Shown here: positions 29,101 through 37,411 of the stretch, piece by piece
How the letters are laid out: each line of letters opens with the position of its first letter
Numbering within the stretch: position 1 is the stretch's first letter
NCBI GenBank assembly: GCA_963662655.2
Contig: CAXXTU010000002.1
Coordinates: forward strand, 160,001-224,000
Direction of reading: 5' to 3'
DNA: 64,000 nt
Origin: Candidatus Cloacimonadales bacterium
Lineage (GTDB): Bacteria; Cloacimonadota; Cloacimonadia; Cloacimonadales; JAIOQZ01
Program-made: the position numbers and the translations under genes
The notes under the pieces: generated by a model
Database searches by the model: none
What the model was told of the DNA's origin: nothing
What the model saw: only the letters and a program-made list of their open reading frames with translations

Positions 29101-29688
29101 AGCGAACTCAGCTCCGTTCATGTACGCCACGAAGGCATCGTCGTAATCGATATGCAGCAATGCCTTCTTGATGAAATCGATATCCTGGATATTGAATCTG
29201 CCTCGGATGTACACATTTGTCGTGGTGGGAAGAATCGTTGCGTCGTCTCCATCGCCATATCCGAAACCGCTTGCCCCGGTGCTCCAGGCAGAGTCATCGA
29301 AGCTGTTGTTTCGCCAGCTTCTGGGAGGCTGGAATTCGTAAATCCTGTATTTCCATGAGTCTCCCCAGTCGATAACCGTCTCCCAGTGTCCGCCGTACGC
29401 GGTGATATCCTTGTCGGATGCGAAGACGAGAAGATATCCGTATGGGGGGACTTCGATATCGGGGAACCGCCATTTATGCGGTTCGTCGGGATCGTCGGAA
29501 AGACCGTAGTCGAGGAGATTGACGGAGCTGCCGGTTGGATTGTACAGCTCGATCCAGTCGGGGTAATCCCCGTCGAGATCGTTTATCGTTGTTGAATTCG
29601 ATGCCATGATCTCGTTGATAATGATTGTTTGTGCATTGAGAAATATACAAAACGTGTAGATTAGAAGAGTGAACAGAACCCTTTTCAT
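26155..29688 (-). CDS. CotH kinase-family secreted protein with lamin-tail domains, an Fn3-associated domain and a FlgD-Ig/T9SS-like C-terminal domain
   Basis: LTD motifs 'IINEIMASN...DWIELYN' and 'LNEINY...DWVEL'; 'IRFTLDGSDPT'; CotH 'VYLNGEYWGIHNLRE', 'NQDWPCNN', 'WRWILYDTD'; tail 'NYPNPFNP'. Confidence 0.88.
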   Translation of the reverse strand: MKRVLFTLLIYTFCIFLNAQTIIINEIMASNSTTINDLDGDYPDWIELYNPTGSSVNLLDYGLSDDPDEPHKWRFPDIEVPPYGYLLVFASDKDITAYGGHWETVIDWGDSWKYRIYEFQPPRSWRNNSFDDSAWSTGASGFGYGDGDDATILPTTTNVYIRGRFNIQDIDFIKKALLHIDYDDAFVAYMNGAEFARSNIGTPGVTPANYQESLEIVEAQIYQGGTPEAYDIDLSHFRNGTNVIAIEIHNHTEEDSDLTAIPFVTLFSEEPPEGAHGPADLLLPLQYRRLHTNFKISGEGETLCLSDPEGVTVDCVTTGAIPSDVSIGRHPDGGDQWLFYDAPTPETANGTGGYQGIAESPVFSCAGGFFDSPRTISLATSSEASIIRFTLDGSDPTEESLLYSQPFNVSETTVIKARAFETAKLPSCTQCNTYFINVDHDLAVVSLSTDPDNFFDYERGIYVEGPNADSEFPYLGANYWNDWEKPIYIEMFDENRQLLFKAPMGVKITGNYSRTYPQKSLAFYARGCYGCSEVECSLFPEKEIDSFETFILRSSGHDWRSTMFRDAMITGLVADEGIERQAYRPTVVYLNGEYWGIHNLREKINEHFIASNCGADPDHIDLLEKGGAIIEGDNRHYNNLKDYISGYDLSVAENYDFVCDRMDIDNFINYQAIEIYCNNQDWPCNNIKYWRPRTPDGKWRWILYDTDYGFGLYGIDEYTFNTLEYATDADGQGWPDQPWVTIFIRKLMENESFRIDFINRFCDLMNTCLKPEIMVDQINAKAAVIQSEIPAHNNRWNQIANWQANVDNMITFAQERDLHMKVHLRDHFGLGDMRTLTVDVSPGESGNVRVNTALPDDYPWGGAYFPDIPIGLTAIPEPGNRFNGWQGTQEDSAQITIILADNQEYTAIFEREGPDNTAICLNEINYNSADGFDPDDWVELINSDDLPNDISGWAFKDEEDDHVFIIPDGTVLDAGAYLVLCTDSEKFCACFPEVANYIGDFDFGLSGGGELIRLYDADDNLIDSVEYDDGGDWPSPPDGDGPTLELINTDYDNGLAESWAASTEYGTPGKRNSCLSGVDPNGVVPLRYTLSNYPNPFNPVTTVLFSMPEEGEVELCVFNIKGQKVATLVKSRLAAGEHRVKWQGQDSNGNSVSSGIYFYRLRVDDKNKAVHKGLLLK

Positions 29689-29980
29689 GCGCCTACCCTC
29701 CAGCGATTTACACCATGATGGAATGCCTTAATGTGTTGTGAATTTTATACCTTATGGTGCATATCCCTTAATTTCCCTCGAATCAAAAAAGCGATAAAGC
29801 TCGATGGTTTGTCAATATAAATTTACGGAGATTTAACCGGGAGCTTGCAATGCAAAGTCGTTACTGCGCGGTCGATTATTGTCTTGACGTACATCTGCAA
29901 TCCAATATCTTGAACTACCGAGGATTTGGAATGGAAAATGTATCCTGTCGATACGAATGAGGTTAATGGAGGAATGTTTC

Positions 29981-32900
29981 ATGGGAAACGGCATACGAAA
30001 ACTACTTTTTATTATCCTGCTAATGGGTTTATTCTGCTTAGTTATTGCAGAAGAAAGGTTTATCGCGCGAATTAGCAACCCCGATTCAGGGGATGTCGAG
30101 TACTTGCAGAAGAACTCTTACGACATCGCCGGCGGGAACCCCGGGGCATATATCGATCTGGTTGTGACCCGCGATCAATTCGACCGGCTTCGCTCAAGCG
30201 GATTCAGCATCCGCATCGAGAAGACGGAAGCGGAAGTTCTGGAAGATTTGTCCGCGACCGGGGATCGCCCCATCGCCGGTTATCGAGAATATGAAGAAAT
30301 TCTGACAGACTTGCAGCAGTACGTTGCGGATCATCCGGACATCTGCCGGTTGTACGATATCGGAGATACGCAGGGCAAACTCTACTCGGCTGACGGCCAC
30401 ACCTTCTACGACGATTTCGACCATGAAATCTGGGCGCTGAAGGTATCCGACAATCCAGATAACGATGAAGACGAACCCGCGATCTACTACTTCGGCGCGC
30501 ACCACTCGCGCGAGCCGCTCAGCACCGAGGTGTGCATGACGGTCCTCGACCACGTCGTGACAAGCTACGGCACGGACACGCAGATAACGAACGATGTGGA
30601 TACCAAGGAAATCTGGTTTGTGCCCATCGTGAATCCGAACGGCGTCAAGATCGTTCTGGATCAAACGGACGTCTGGTGGAGAAAGAACATCCGGGATAAC
30701 AACAACAATCACGACTTCGACAGCGATTATGAGACGGGAACCGGTGACGACGGCGTGGATCCAAATCGTAACTATGGATTTGTTTGGGGTAACGTTGGTT
30801 CAACGGACAATCCCAATGGCTCGACCTACCACGGTCCCGAAGAATTCTCCGAGCCTGAAACGCAGGCGGTGAGGGACCTTATCAGAGCGCATCACTTCGT
30901 GGCGGGTATCAGTTATCACACGCACGGAGAGCTGGTACTGATCCCTTACGGATACGCCGAAAACATCTATGCACCGGACGACGCAGCGCTTGTCGAACTG
31001 GGTGAGCTTGTTGCCGAGAACATCGACGCACTGGGGAACGGCCACTACACACCGCAGTATTCCTATGCGCTTTACCCGACGATGGGCGGCCTGGACGACT
31101 GGGCTTACGGCGAGCAGGGAGTTTTCGCGTACACGGTTGAGCTGGCAACGGAGTTCATTCCTCCGCAGAACCAGGTGGGGACCATTTGCAATGCCAATAT
31201 CGACGGGGCCATGCAGCTTCTCCGTCGCATCGACAATAGCACGATCACCGGTCACATCACGGACGCTGAAACCGGCCAGCCCATGGTTGCCGAAGTTTTC
31301 ATTGAAGGCATTGACAACACCGGGGAATATCGCGATCCCATCACCAGCGACGAGCAGTTCGGAACCTATTATCGCATGGTGTTGCCGGGAGCGTACAACG
31401 TTACGTATTCTGCTTACGGATTCGAATCTCAAACCGTCATCGTGGTTGTAAGCGATCTCGGAATGACGACGCAGGATATCGCGCTGGAGCCGGCAGCGAG
31501 TATCGATTTCAACGGTATCGTGCGTGACGCTACAACATTTGCGCCTCTCGCAGGGGCGCAAATTACGCTGGGGGGGGCGCCGTTCGAGCCGATTACATCC
31601 GATGAATACGGCATATTCGAATTTGAAGATGTCGCTATGGGCACCTATACAATCACCATTACCGCCGAAGGATACGGCCTCACGCAGAAGGCGATCGATC
31701 TGAATGCGAGTAACCAGCAGTTGTTTTACATGTACGAACCCTTCATGATGGACGATATGGAAAGCGGGAATTCGAACTGGAACATGACGGGAACCTGGGC
31801 TCTGACAACATCCCAGTACCACAGCGCAAACCACTCGATTACCGACTCCCCTTCGGGGAACTACGGTAACAATGTGACCACCTACTGCGAGCTGGCGAAT
31901 GACATCAACCTGTACGACGCTACGATGGCGAGCGTTTCGTTCTACGCCAAATACGCACTCGAAGCGGACTATGACTACGTTTATCTTCAAGTCCACGGTG
32001 CGGATGGCTGGGTGAACCTCGACGCCTTCACCGGAGAATCGGATTGGACCCTGAAAGAATACAATCTCACGAACTACGTCGGTAACTCCGACGTAAGCCT
32101 GCGGTTTTACCTTATGTCCGACACCTATCTCAACGAAGACGGGTTCTATCTGGACGATTTTAAAATCTACAGCGACTACGCTCTCGAGCTCAACTACGGC
32201 GATGTCGACGACAGCGAAACCGTTACGGCTCAGGATGCAAGCTATATCCTGCAATACGCCGCGGGACTGGATCCGCTCGATAGCATCGATCCACGCCCGT
32301 GGACCGACACCCGCACGGTTGCTGCCGATGTCGATGGCAACGGTCTCGTAACAGCGTACGATGCGTCCCTCGTTCAGCGGTTCGTCGACGGCGCGATCGA
32401 TGGATTCCCGGTTGACGATTCCGATGTCCAGATCGATCCTTGCGAGGTAAGCATCAGGATTGAGAACGGCGCATTCATTTTCTCCACGGAGGATGAACTG
32501 TTCGGACTCGATGTAACCTGCTGGGTAACGGACGACGTATCGCCGGGATCGCCCGAGGCGTTAGCTGAGGGCGTGTGGGCCTATGAGTACATCGGAGATG
32601 TTGTCATGAAGTATTCGATGATGTCGACGAATGCGCTTGACGGAGATTTCCTGCGGATTCCGTTTGTGCTGCTCCATGAAAATCCGGACGATTTCACCTT
32701 CGATTTGAACGTGAACGCGAGCTCCATCGAGTACGTTGTTGATATGGACCCGAGCGCTGTTGTGGAAATTCCGGAGTTTACGGATCAGCTTTTGGGCAAC
32801 TTCCCCAATCCGTTCAATCCTACCACAAATATCCGGTTCTCGCTCTCGCAGGAAACACCGGTCGATATCACCATCTACAACATCAGAGGCCAGAAGGTGA

Positions 32901-33055
32901 AGAAACTCACCTCCGAGCGCTATCCTGCCGGGGTTCATCAGGTGACCTGGTACGGCCAGGACGATTACAACAGGCCGGTGGCCTCCGGTATTTACCTGTA
33001 TCGGTATCAAGCCGGTAAGAATTCCGAAACAAGAAAGGCGTTACTGCTGAAATAA
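29981..33055 (+). CDS. M14 zinc carboxypeptidase (carboxypeptidase T-like) with regulatory-like domains, a dockerin and a FlgD-Ig/T9SS-like C-terminal domain
   Basis: Zn motif 'HHSRE', 'WRKN', 'GVDPNRN', 'FSEPET', 'SYHTHG', 'YTVEL'; duplicated Ca loop-helix at about 32195-32413; tail 'NFPNPFNP'; GGAGGA RBS before ATG 29981. Confidence 0.9.
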   Translation: MGNGIRKLLFIILLMGLFCLVIAEERFIARISNPDSGDVEYLQKNSYDIAGGNPGAYIDLVVTRDQFDRLRSSGFSIRIEKTEAEVLEDLSATGDRPIAGYREYEEILTDLQQYVADHPDICRLYDIGDTQGKLYSADGHTFYDDFDHEIWALKVSDNPDNDEDEPAIYYFGAHHSREPLSTEVCMTVLDHVVTSYGTDTQITNDVDTKEIWFVPIVNPNGVKIVLDQTDVWWRKNIRDNNNNHDFDSDYETGTGDDGVDPNRNYGFVWGNVGSTDNPNGSTYHGPEEFSEPETQAVRDLIRAHHFVAGISYHTHGELVLIPYGYAENIYAPDDAALVELGELVAENIDALGNGHYTPQYSYALYPTMGGLDDWAYGEQGVFAYTVELATEFIPPQNQVGTICNANIDGAMQLLRRIDNSTITGHITDAETGQPMVAEVFIEGIDNTGEYRDPITSDEQFGTYYRMVLPGAYNVTYSAYGFESQTVIVVVSDLGMTTQDIALEPAASIDFNGIVRDATTFAPLAGAQITLGGAPFEPITSDEYGIFEFEDVAMGTYTITITAEGYGLTQKAIDLNASNQQLFYMYEPFMMDDMESGNSNWNMTGTWALTTSQYHSANHSITDSPSGNYGNNVTTYCELANDINLYDATMASVSFYAKYALEADYDYVYLQVHGADGWVNLDAFTGESDWTLKEYNLTNYVGNSDVSLRFYLMSDTYLNEDGFYLDDFKIYSDYALELNYGDVDDSETVTAQDASYILQYAAGLDPLDSIDPRPWTDTRTVAADVDGNGLVTAYDASLVQRFVDGAIDGFPVDDSDVQIDPCEVSIRIENGAFIFSTEDELFGLDVTCWVTDDVSPGSPEALAEGVWAYEYIGDVVMKYSMMSTNALDGDFLRIPFVLLHENPDDFTFDLNVNASSIEYVVDMDPSAVVEIPEFTDQLLGNFPNPFNPTTNIRFSLSQETPVDITIYNIRGQKVKKLTSERYPAGVHQVTWYGQDDYNRPVASGIYLYRYQAGKNSETRKALLLK

Positions 33056-33071
33056 TAAGCGTTAAGAAAGC

Positions 33072-33107
33072 AGGGGAGAGCCGGAAACGGTTCTCCCCTT
33101 TCTCTTT
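33072..33107 (+). terminator. Rho-independent terminator
   Basis: AGGGGAGAGCCG-GAAA-CGGTTCTCCCCT followed by a T-rich tail. Confidence 0.8.
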
Positions 33108-33162
33108 ATATCATAGAAATTGCTCTCTTGCAAACTGAGTGGTTAAGTATCCAATGAAGCGT

Positions 33163-33256
33163 TTCATCCTGATCTTTTTTCTCTGTCGTCCTGAGTTTCC
33201 TTTCTCAATCATCCTGATCTTCCTTTTCTCTGTCATCCTGAGCGGAGTCGAAGGAT
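33163..33256 (+). repeat. Imperfect tandem duplication ending in a REP-like motif
   Basis: 'TCATCCTGATCTT..TTTTCTCTGTC(G/A)TCCTGAG' occurs twice; the second continues into TGTCATCCTGAGCGGAGTCGAAGGAT. Confidence 0.55.
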
Positions 33257-33386
33257 ACATTCAACCACCAGGTTTGAAAGAGAGTTATAATGGTTCACTC
33301 CCCTGATAAAGGTAGACGGATGATCTCAATGTCATCCGGACGGGTTTTCTCTATGTAGATGTTTCTCGCTCCAGACTGACTCGGGA

Positions 33387-33511
33387 GGCGTGAGTAGATT
33401 CGTTCGATCTCCCTTTTCAACGTGGTCTTCCACATCATTTCATTACGTTCGATAGTCCTGATGATGTGGTCTTTCACGTTGAAAAGGGAGATCGGGCGAA
33501 GATATCACGCC
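33387..33511 (+). repeat. Dispersed long-hairpin family H, full copy
   Basis: About 50-nt imperfect inverted arms including a perfect 20-bp CGATCTCCCTTTTCAACGTG/CACGTTGAAAAGGGAGATCG; core TTCGTTCGATC/GATCGGGCGAA. Confidence 0.85.
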
Positions 33512-33587
33512 GGTAGATTGGTTCCTGGAACCTGTTCTTACTGGACACTCGGAAGAGCATTCAGAGAAGTTTTCTTCGGATGAGAAG

Positions 33588-33617
33588 AAAAAGAAAACCC
33601 CGCCTGAATGACGGGGT
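33588..33617 (-). terminator. Probable terminator after add
   Basis: ACCCCG/CGGGGT stem followed by TTTTCTTTTT on the minus strand. Confidence 0.6.
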
Positions 33618-33648
33618 CCGCATTATCGTAACGAAGAGTTTTCCGTGA

Positions 33649-34716
33649 CTAGATTTTCTCTTCGATGATCACTTTTTCCTTCAATTCGGCTTCTTCCAGT
33701 TGCTCCATTTCGGCAAGTGCCCGGTTCAGGATTTTCACCTTATCTTTATATGGATAGAACGAGCTCTTGAAGCCGTTGATGATCAGATTCTTGATATCCT
33801 GATAATCCAGGCCGAGGATATCGTGAGCGAGCATGTACTCGTCGGTCATTGTCGTATCGGAGATGAGACGGTTATCCGTGTTCATGGTGACGCGAAGTCC
33901 GTAATCGATGTAGAACTTGATGGGATGTTCTGCGATCGACGCGACAGCCTTGGTGTGCATATTGCTCTTGAGGCATATCTCCAGGGGAATGCGGTGGTCG
34001 TTGACGAAATTGAGCAGGTCGCCGTTCTCGATCAAGCGTGTTCCGTGTCCGATGCGGTGCGTTCCACAATAGTGAAGCGCTTGATGAATGCTTTCAGGGC
34101 CATACGCTTCACCGGCGTGAATGGTGATATTCAGGTTGTTGCGTCTTGCAAGGTCGAATGCAGCCTGATGATCTTTCGCCGGGTGATTGTATTCCGAACC
34201 CGCGAGATCGAAGCCGAGAACGCCCTTGTTTTTGTATGCGATAGCAAGTTCAGCCAGCGTCAGCGATGTTGCCGGATCCATGTTGCGTATACCGCAGATG
34301 ATAACCCCCGTATGGATGTCGAATTTTCGTTCCGCTTCATGCAGACCGTCGATTACAGCTTCGGAGATTTGAGTGAGCTTGAGTCCCTGCTGCGTATGAA
34401 GAATGGGCGAGTAGCGCACCTCCATGTAACGAACGTTCTCTTTCGCAGCGTCTTCGGCGAGCTCAAACGCTGCTCTTGCCAGCGCTTCTTCTGTCTGAAG
34501 AACCGAGAGCGTTACGCTGAATCCCCTGAGGTATTCATCCAGACTCTTGCACTGCTCGGTGCAGCAAACGATTTTCTTCATTTCTTCGGGTGTGGATGCC
34601 GGAAGTTTGACCTTCTGCTTCTTTGCCAGGTCAAAGATTGTGCTTACACGCAACGAGCCGTCAAGATGAACGTGCAGATCAGCTTTCGGTAGTTTTTGTA
34701 TAAATTCCTTGTTCAT
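33649..34716 (-). CDS. add: Adenosine deaminase
   Basis: 'LPKADLHVHLDGS', 'YMEVRYSP', 'GFDLAG', 'TIHAGE', 'RIGHG' and 'NTDN'. Confidence 0.95.
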   Translation of the reverse strand: MNKEFIQKLPKADLHVHLDGSLRVSTIFDLAKKQKVKLPASTPEEMKKIVCCTEQCKSLDEYLRGFSVTLSVLQTEEALARAAFELAEDAAKENVRYMEVRYSPILHTQQGLKLTQISEAVIDGLHEAERKFDIHTGVIICGIRNMDPATSLTLAELAIAYKNKGVLGFDLAGSEYNHPAKDHQAAFDLARRNNLNITIHAGEAYGPESIHQALHYCGTHRIGHGTRLIENGDLLNFVNDHRIPLEICLKSNMHTKAVASIAEHPIKFYIDYGLRVTMNTDNRLISDTTMTDEYMLAHDILGLDYQDIKNLIINGFKSSFYPYKDKVKILNRALAEMEQLEEAELKEKVIIEEKI

Positions 34717-34738
34717 AGTTCCTCCATTTTACAATAAA

Positions 34739-35302
34739 TTACAGCGTCCATCTGTTTCGGCAAACAATCTTCTCCATCGGGTGCCTTTTGTGGCTGCCGG
34801 CGAATTGCTTCACCAGCTTACCATACATCGTTTCCCGATCTTTCGGATATCCGAATGGACTCATTGCCACGACTCGTATTTGCTTCGGAATTTCGAGAAT
34901 CTTTTTTACGGATTCTTCGTTGAACGCCGCCAGCCAGCAACTGCCAATTCCGTGCTCGAGCGCAACAAGCATTATTTGCTGAAAAGCTATGGATGTGTCA
35001 ACAAGATAATAATCCTGATTGTTCAAGCGCACGCTGTGCTTGGGGTCAGCGCACGCTACAATGACCAGCGGAACGTCTTTCAGAAAGAAGTTGATAGTCC
35101 CGATAAATCCGCTCTTGAAGGCGAGTTTATGAATAATCTCCCGATCCTGAACGACGATGAAACGCCAGCACTGCCGGTTTTGCGCAGAGGGCGCAACGCG
35201 TCCGGCTTCGAGCATCTCTAGGATGACTTCTTCCGGTATCGGGTCGGGAGCGAAACTTCGTACACTGTGCCTTGCAAGTATCGTTTCGAGGCAACTTCCC
35301 AT
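34739..35302 (-). CDS. Nitroreductase family protein
   Basis: 'RHSVRSF', 'APSAQNRQCWRFIVV', 'GIGSCW' and 'FGYP'. Confidence 0.92.
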   Translation of the reverse strand: MGSCLETILARHSVRSFAPDPIPEEVILEMLEAGRVAPSAQNRQCWRFIVVQDREIIHKLAFKSGFIGTINFFLKDVPLVIVACADPKHSVRLNNQDYYLVDTSIAFQQIMLVALEHGIGSCWLAAFNEESVKKILEIPKQIRVVAMSPFGYPKDRETMYGKLVKQFAGSHKRHPMEKIVCRNRWTL

Positions 35303-35308
35303 AGATGG

Positions 35309-36436
35309 TCAGAATCTGAAACCGAGTCCAAGCGATGCCGAGAAGGAATCGTACTCAGAGAAGTTGTAGTCGAAACTCACCTGGATCAGGCTCAACTGCG
35401 CTGCGGCCCCGAGAATGAAGCGATACTGGTTCTCGCCGTCGATATCGAAGGAAACCTTCTGCTCGCTGAGCTCGACAGGGGCATCTGAGTCGTCAAGCTG
35501 GTAGGTGTATCCGAACTCTACATTGGATTTTTCGAGAAGAACGCCAGCGTATGGCGTGATACTCAGCGTGGGAAGGCCCAACGTCTTGCTGATGTTCATC
35601 CCGCCTGCGTATGCGGTAGCCTTCATGATGTCGCCTACTTCAAGCTGCTGCATGAAGAAGTTGAACGAGACATCGATCGGAATCACGAAATCGACAAAAT
35701 CGCTCATCCACACAATGGGGTTGTGCTGAAATCCCACGCCCCAGTAGGTCAATTCCCCGATCTCCTCGTTGATGTTTACGTTCGGAAGCCAGCGAACCAC
35801 GAACACGGTTCCCATGATGGTTCCGAGCGTAAGCTGCGGAGCGAAATGAGGGATCATGTTCAGGTTGTCCAGAAGACCGTGAACAGGAAGCTCAACCGAT
35901 TCTTCGTCCACATAGTATTCTTCCTCAAGCTGTGTCGATGGATTGATCACAGTAAGCGTGTCGCCGCCAAAGTGAACTTGAATATTGTCGTCTTCGCTGC
36001 CGATAATTGTCGGTCCCTTGATCCCCACCGTGTATTCGTGCGCCATCACCTCTTCCACAAGCTCGTTGTAAAGAGGATGTGTATCGTCGTAGCCACCGTT
36101 ATTGACGATCGATTCCGCCTGGCTGCGGGTAAATCGGAATTTGCCCGTCGTGTCGAAGCTTTTTTCGCTGTCCTTGAAGTTGGTTCCCATCACCACGATT
36201 TTCATGGAGATGTTGAGTCCGAGGTTCTTCGAGCGCGGCGCCATCTGGAACCAGCCGCTGTTCATGTTTGCCCCGAAGGGTGAGGTGATCGGTGAGACAT
36301 ATTCTTTGGCGGCATCGCCGGTCAGCGCTTCCAATTGAGATTCGAGATCGTTGTCGGGTATGTCGTCGATGATATCCTGAGCGTAAAAAATATTCAATGC
36401 CAAAACAAAAACCAGTAAAATCAATATCTTCTTCAT
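35309..36436 (-). CDS. Outer-membrane beta-barrel-like protein (DUF6588-like)
   Basis: Signal peptide, 'GANMNSGWF', amphipathic beta strands and a C-terminal 'GLGFRF' outer-membrane signature. Confidence 0.6.
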   Translation of the reverse strand: MKKILILLVFVLALNIFYAQDIIDDIPDNDLESQLEALTGDAAKEYVSPITSPFGANMNSGWFQMAPRSKNLGLNISMKIVVMGTNFKDSEKSFDTTGKFRFTRSQAESIVNNGGYDDTHPLYNELVEEVMAHEYTVGIKGPTIIGSEDDNIQVHFGGDTLTVINPSTQLEEEYYVDEESVELPVHGLLDNLNMIPHFAPQLTLGTIMGTVFVVRWLPNVNINEEIGELTYWGVGFQHNPIVWMSDFVDFVIPIDVSFNFFMQQLEVGDIMKATAYAGGMNISKTLGLPTLSITPYAGVLLEKSNVEFGYTYQLDDSDAPVELSEQKVSFDIDGENQYRFILGAAAQLSLIQVSFDYNFSEYDSFSASLGLGFRF

Positions 36437-36708
36437 TGCTAACTTCCTCCAATGCGTTCTGGTCGTATTCTCTCATGCAGTTCTTCGTTTGAATCACCCA
36501 AAACCTTTTGGCTCTTCAAACGGAATATCCTCTCTGATAAAAACTTCCGCCCCTTCTGATTTTCCCGTCTGTGGTCTGTCAAAGCGGAAATTATATCGTA
36601 TGATAATATGCGGTACTGAATCGAACTCCGTCAATGAAATTTTGTAAAAATCAAATATCAGCGTGCGCTCGGGCTGAATGTGATGGAAGAATTGCGAACT
36701 TGCTTCAG

Positions 36709-36738
36709 AAAAAGAAAAGCCCCGAGAATCCTCGGGGC
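36709..36738 (-). terminator. Rho-independent terminator after groES-trxA
   Basis: GCCCCGAG/CTCGGGGC stem followed by TTTTCTTTTT on the minus strand. Confidence 0.8.
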
Positions 36739-36760
36739 CTTCATTGCGACACTAAAACAA

Positions 36761-37078
36761 TTACACCGAATCGAGTCGCTCGGAAATCTTCGCCTTGTTC
36801 ACGACGCCAACCATCTGGTGTTTGATCGAACCTTCGGAAAACACCAGCAGGGTCGGAATCGACATGATCTGGTACTTCGAGGCAACCTGAGGCGCTTCGT
36901 CAACGTTGACCTTCACGACCTTCACTTTGCCTTCGTATTCTGCGGCGATCTGCTTCACGGTTGGATCCAGCATTTTGCAAGGACCGCACCATGGCGCCCA
37001 GAAATCGACCAGAACCGGAATATCCGATTGAAGAACTTCAGCCTCGAACTCGGCTTGCGTAAGATTTTTTACTTCCAC
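36761..37078 (-). CDS. trxA: Thioredoxin
   Basis: 'VDFWAPWCGPCK' and 'IMSIPTL'; GTG start. Confidence 0.97.
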   Translation of the reverse strand: MEVKNLTQAEFEAEVLQSDIPVLVDFWAPWCGPCKMLDPTVKQIAAEYEGKVKVVKVNVDEAPQVASKYQIMSIPTLLVFSEGSIKHQMVGVVNKAKISERLDSV

Positions 37079-37081
37079 AGC

Positions 37082-37351
37082 TTACTCGACAATCGCGAGG
37101 ACATCGCTGCGTGATACGATCAGATACTTGACAGCGTCGATCTCTACTTCCGTGCCGCCGTACTTCGCGTAGAGAATCTTGTCGCCGATCTTCACGATCT
37201 CTTTGAGTTCTTCGTCGGTTCCCACTGCAATTACTTCACCGATCTGCGGTTTTTCTTTTGCGGTATCGGGGATGATGATCCCACCGACTTTCTTTTCTTT
37301 AATTTCTACGGGCTTAATCACCACTCTGTCATCAAGCGGTCTGATATTCAT
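37082..37351 (-). CDS. groES: Co-chaperonin GroES
   Basis: '[10 protein letters not shown]', '[13 protein letters not shown]' and 'KYGGTEV'; GGAGG RBS. Confidence 0.97.
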   Translation of the reverse strand: MNIRPLDDRVVIKPVEIKEKKVGGIIIPDTAKEKPQIGEVIAVGTDEELKEIVKIGDKILYAKYGGTEVEIDAVKYLIVSRSDVLAIVE

Positions 37352-37411
37352 ATCATTCCTCCTTCAGGTTTTCTTTTTATTGTACTAATATAGATAATCC
37401 AATGAATCAAA

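Noticed and set aside
33295..33477. 60-aa ORF on the minus strand
   Set aside because: It overlaps the long inverted repeat, with no RBS or recognisable motif; likely a by-product of the hairpin.
33387..33511. Family H hairpins as attC sites or tRNA remnants (GTTCRATC resembles a T-loop)
   Set aside because: No RYYYAAC/GTTRRRY boxes. The motif is base-paired inside a helix and no cloverleaf can be formed.
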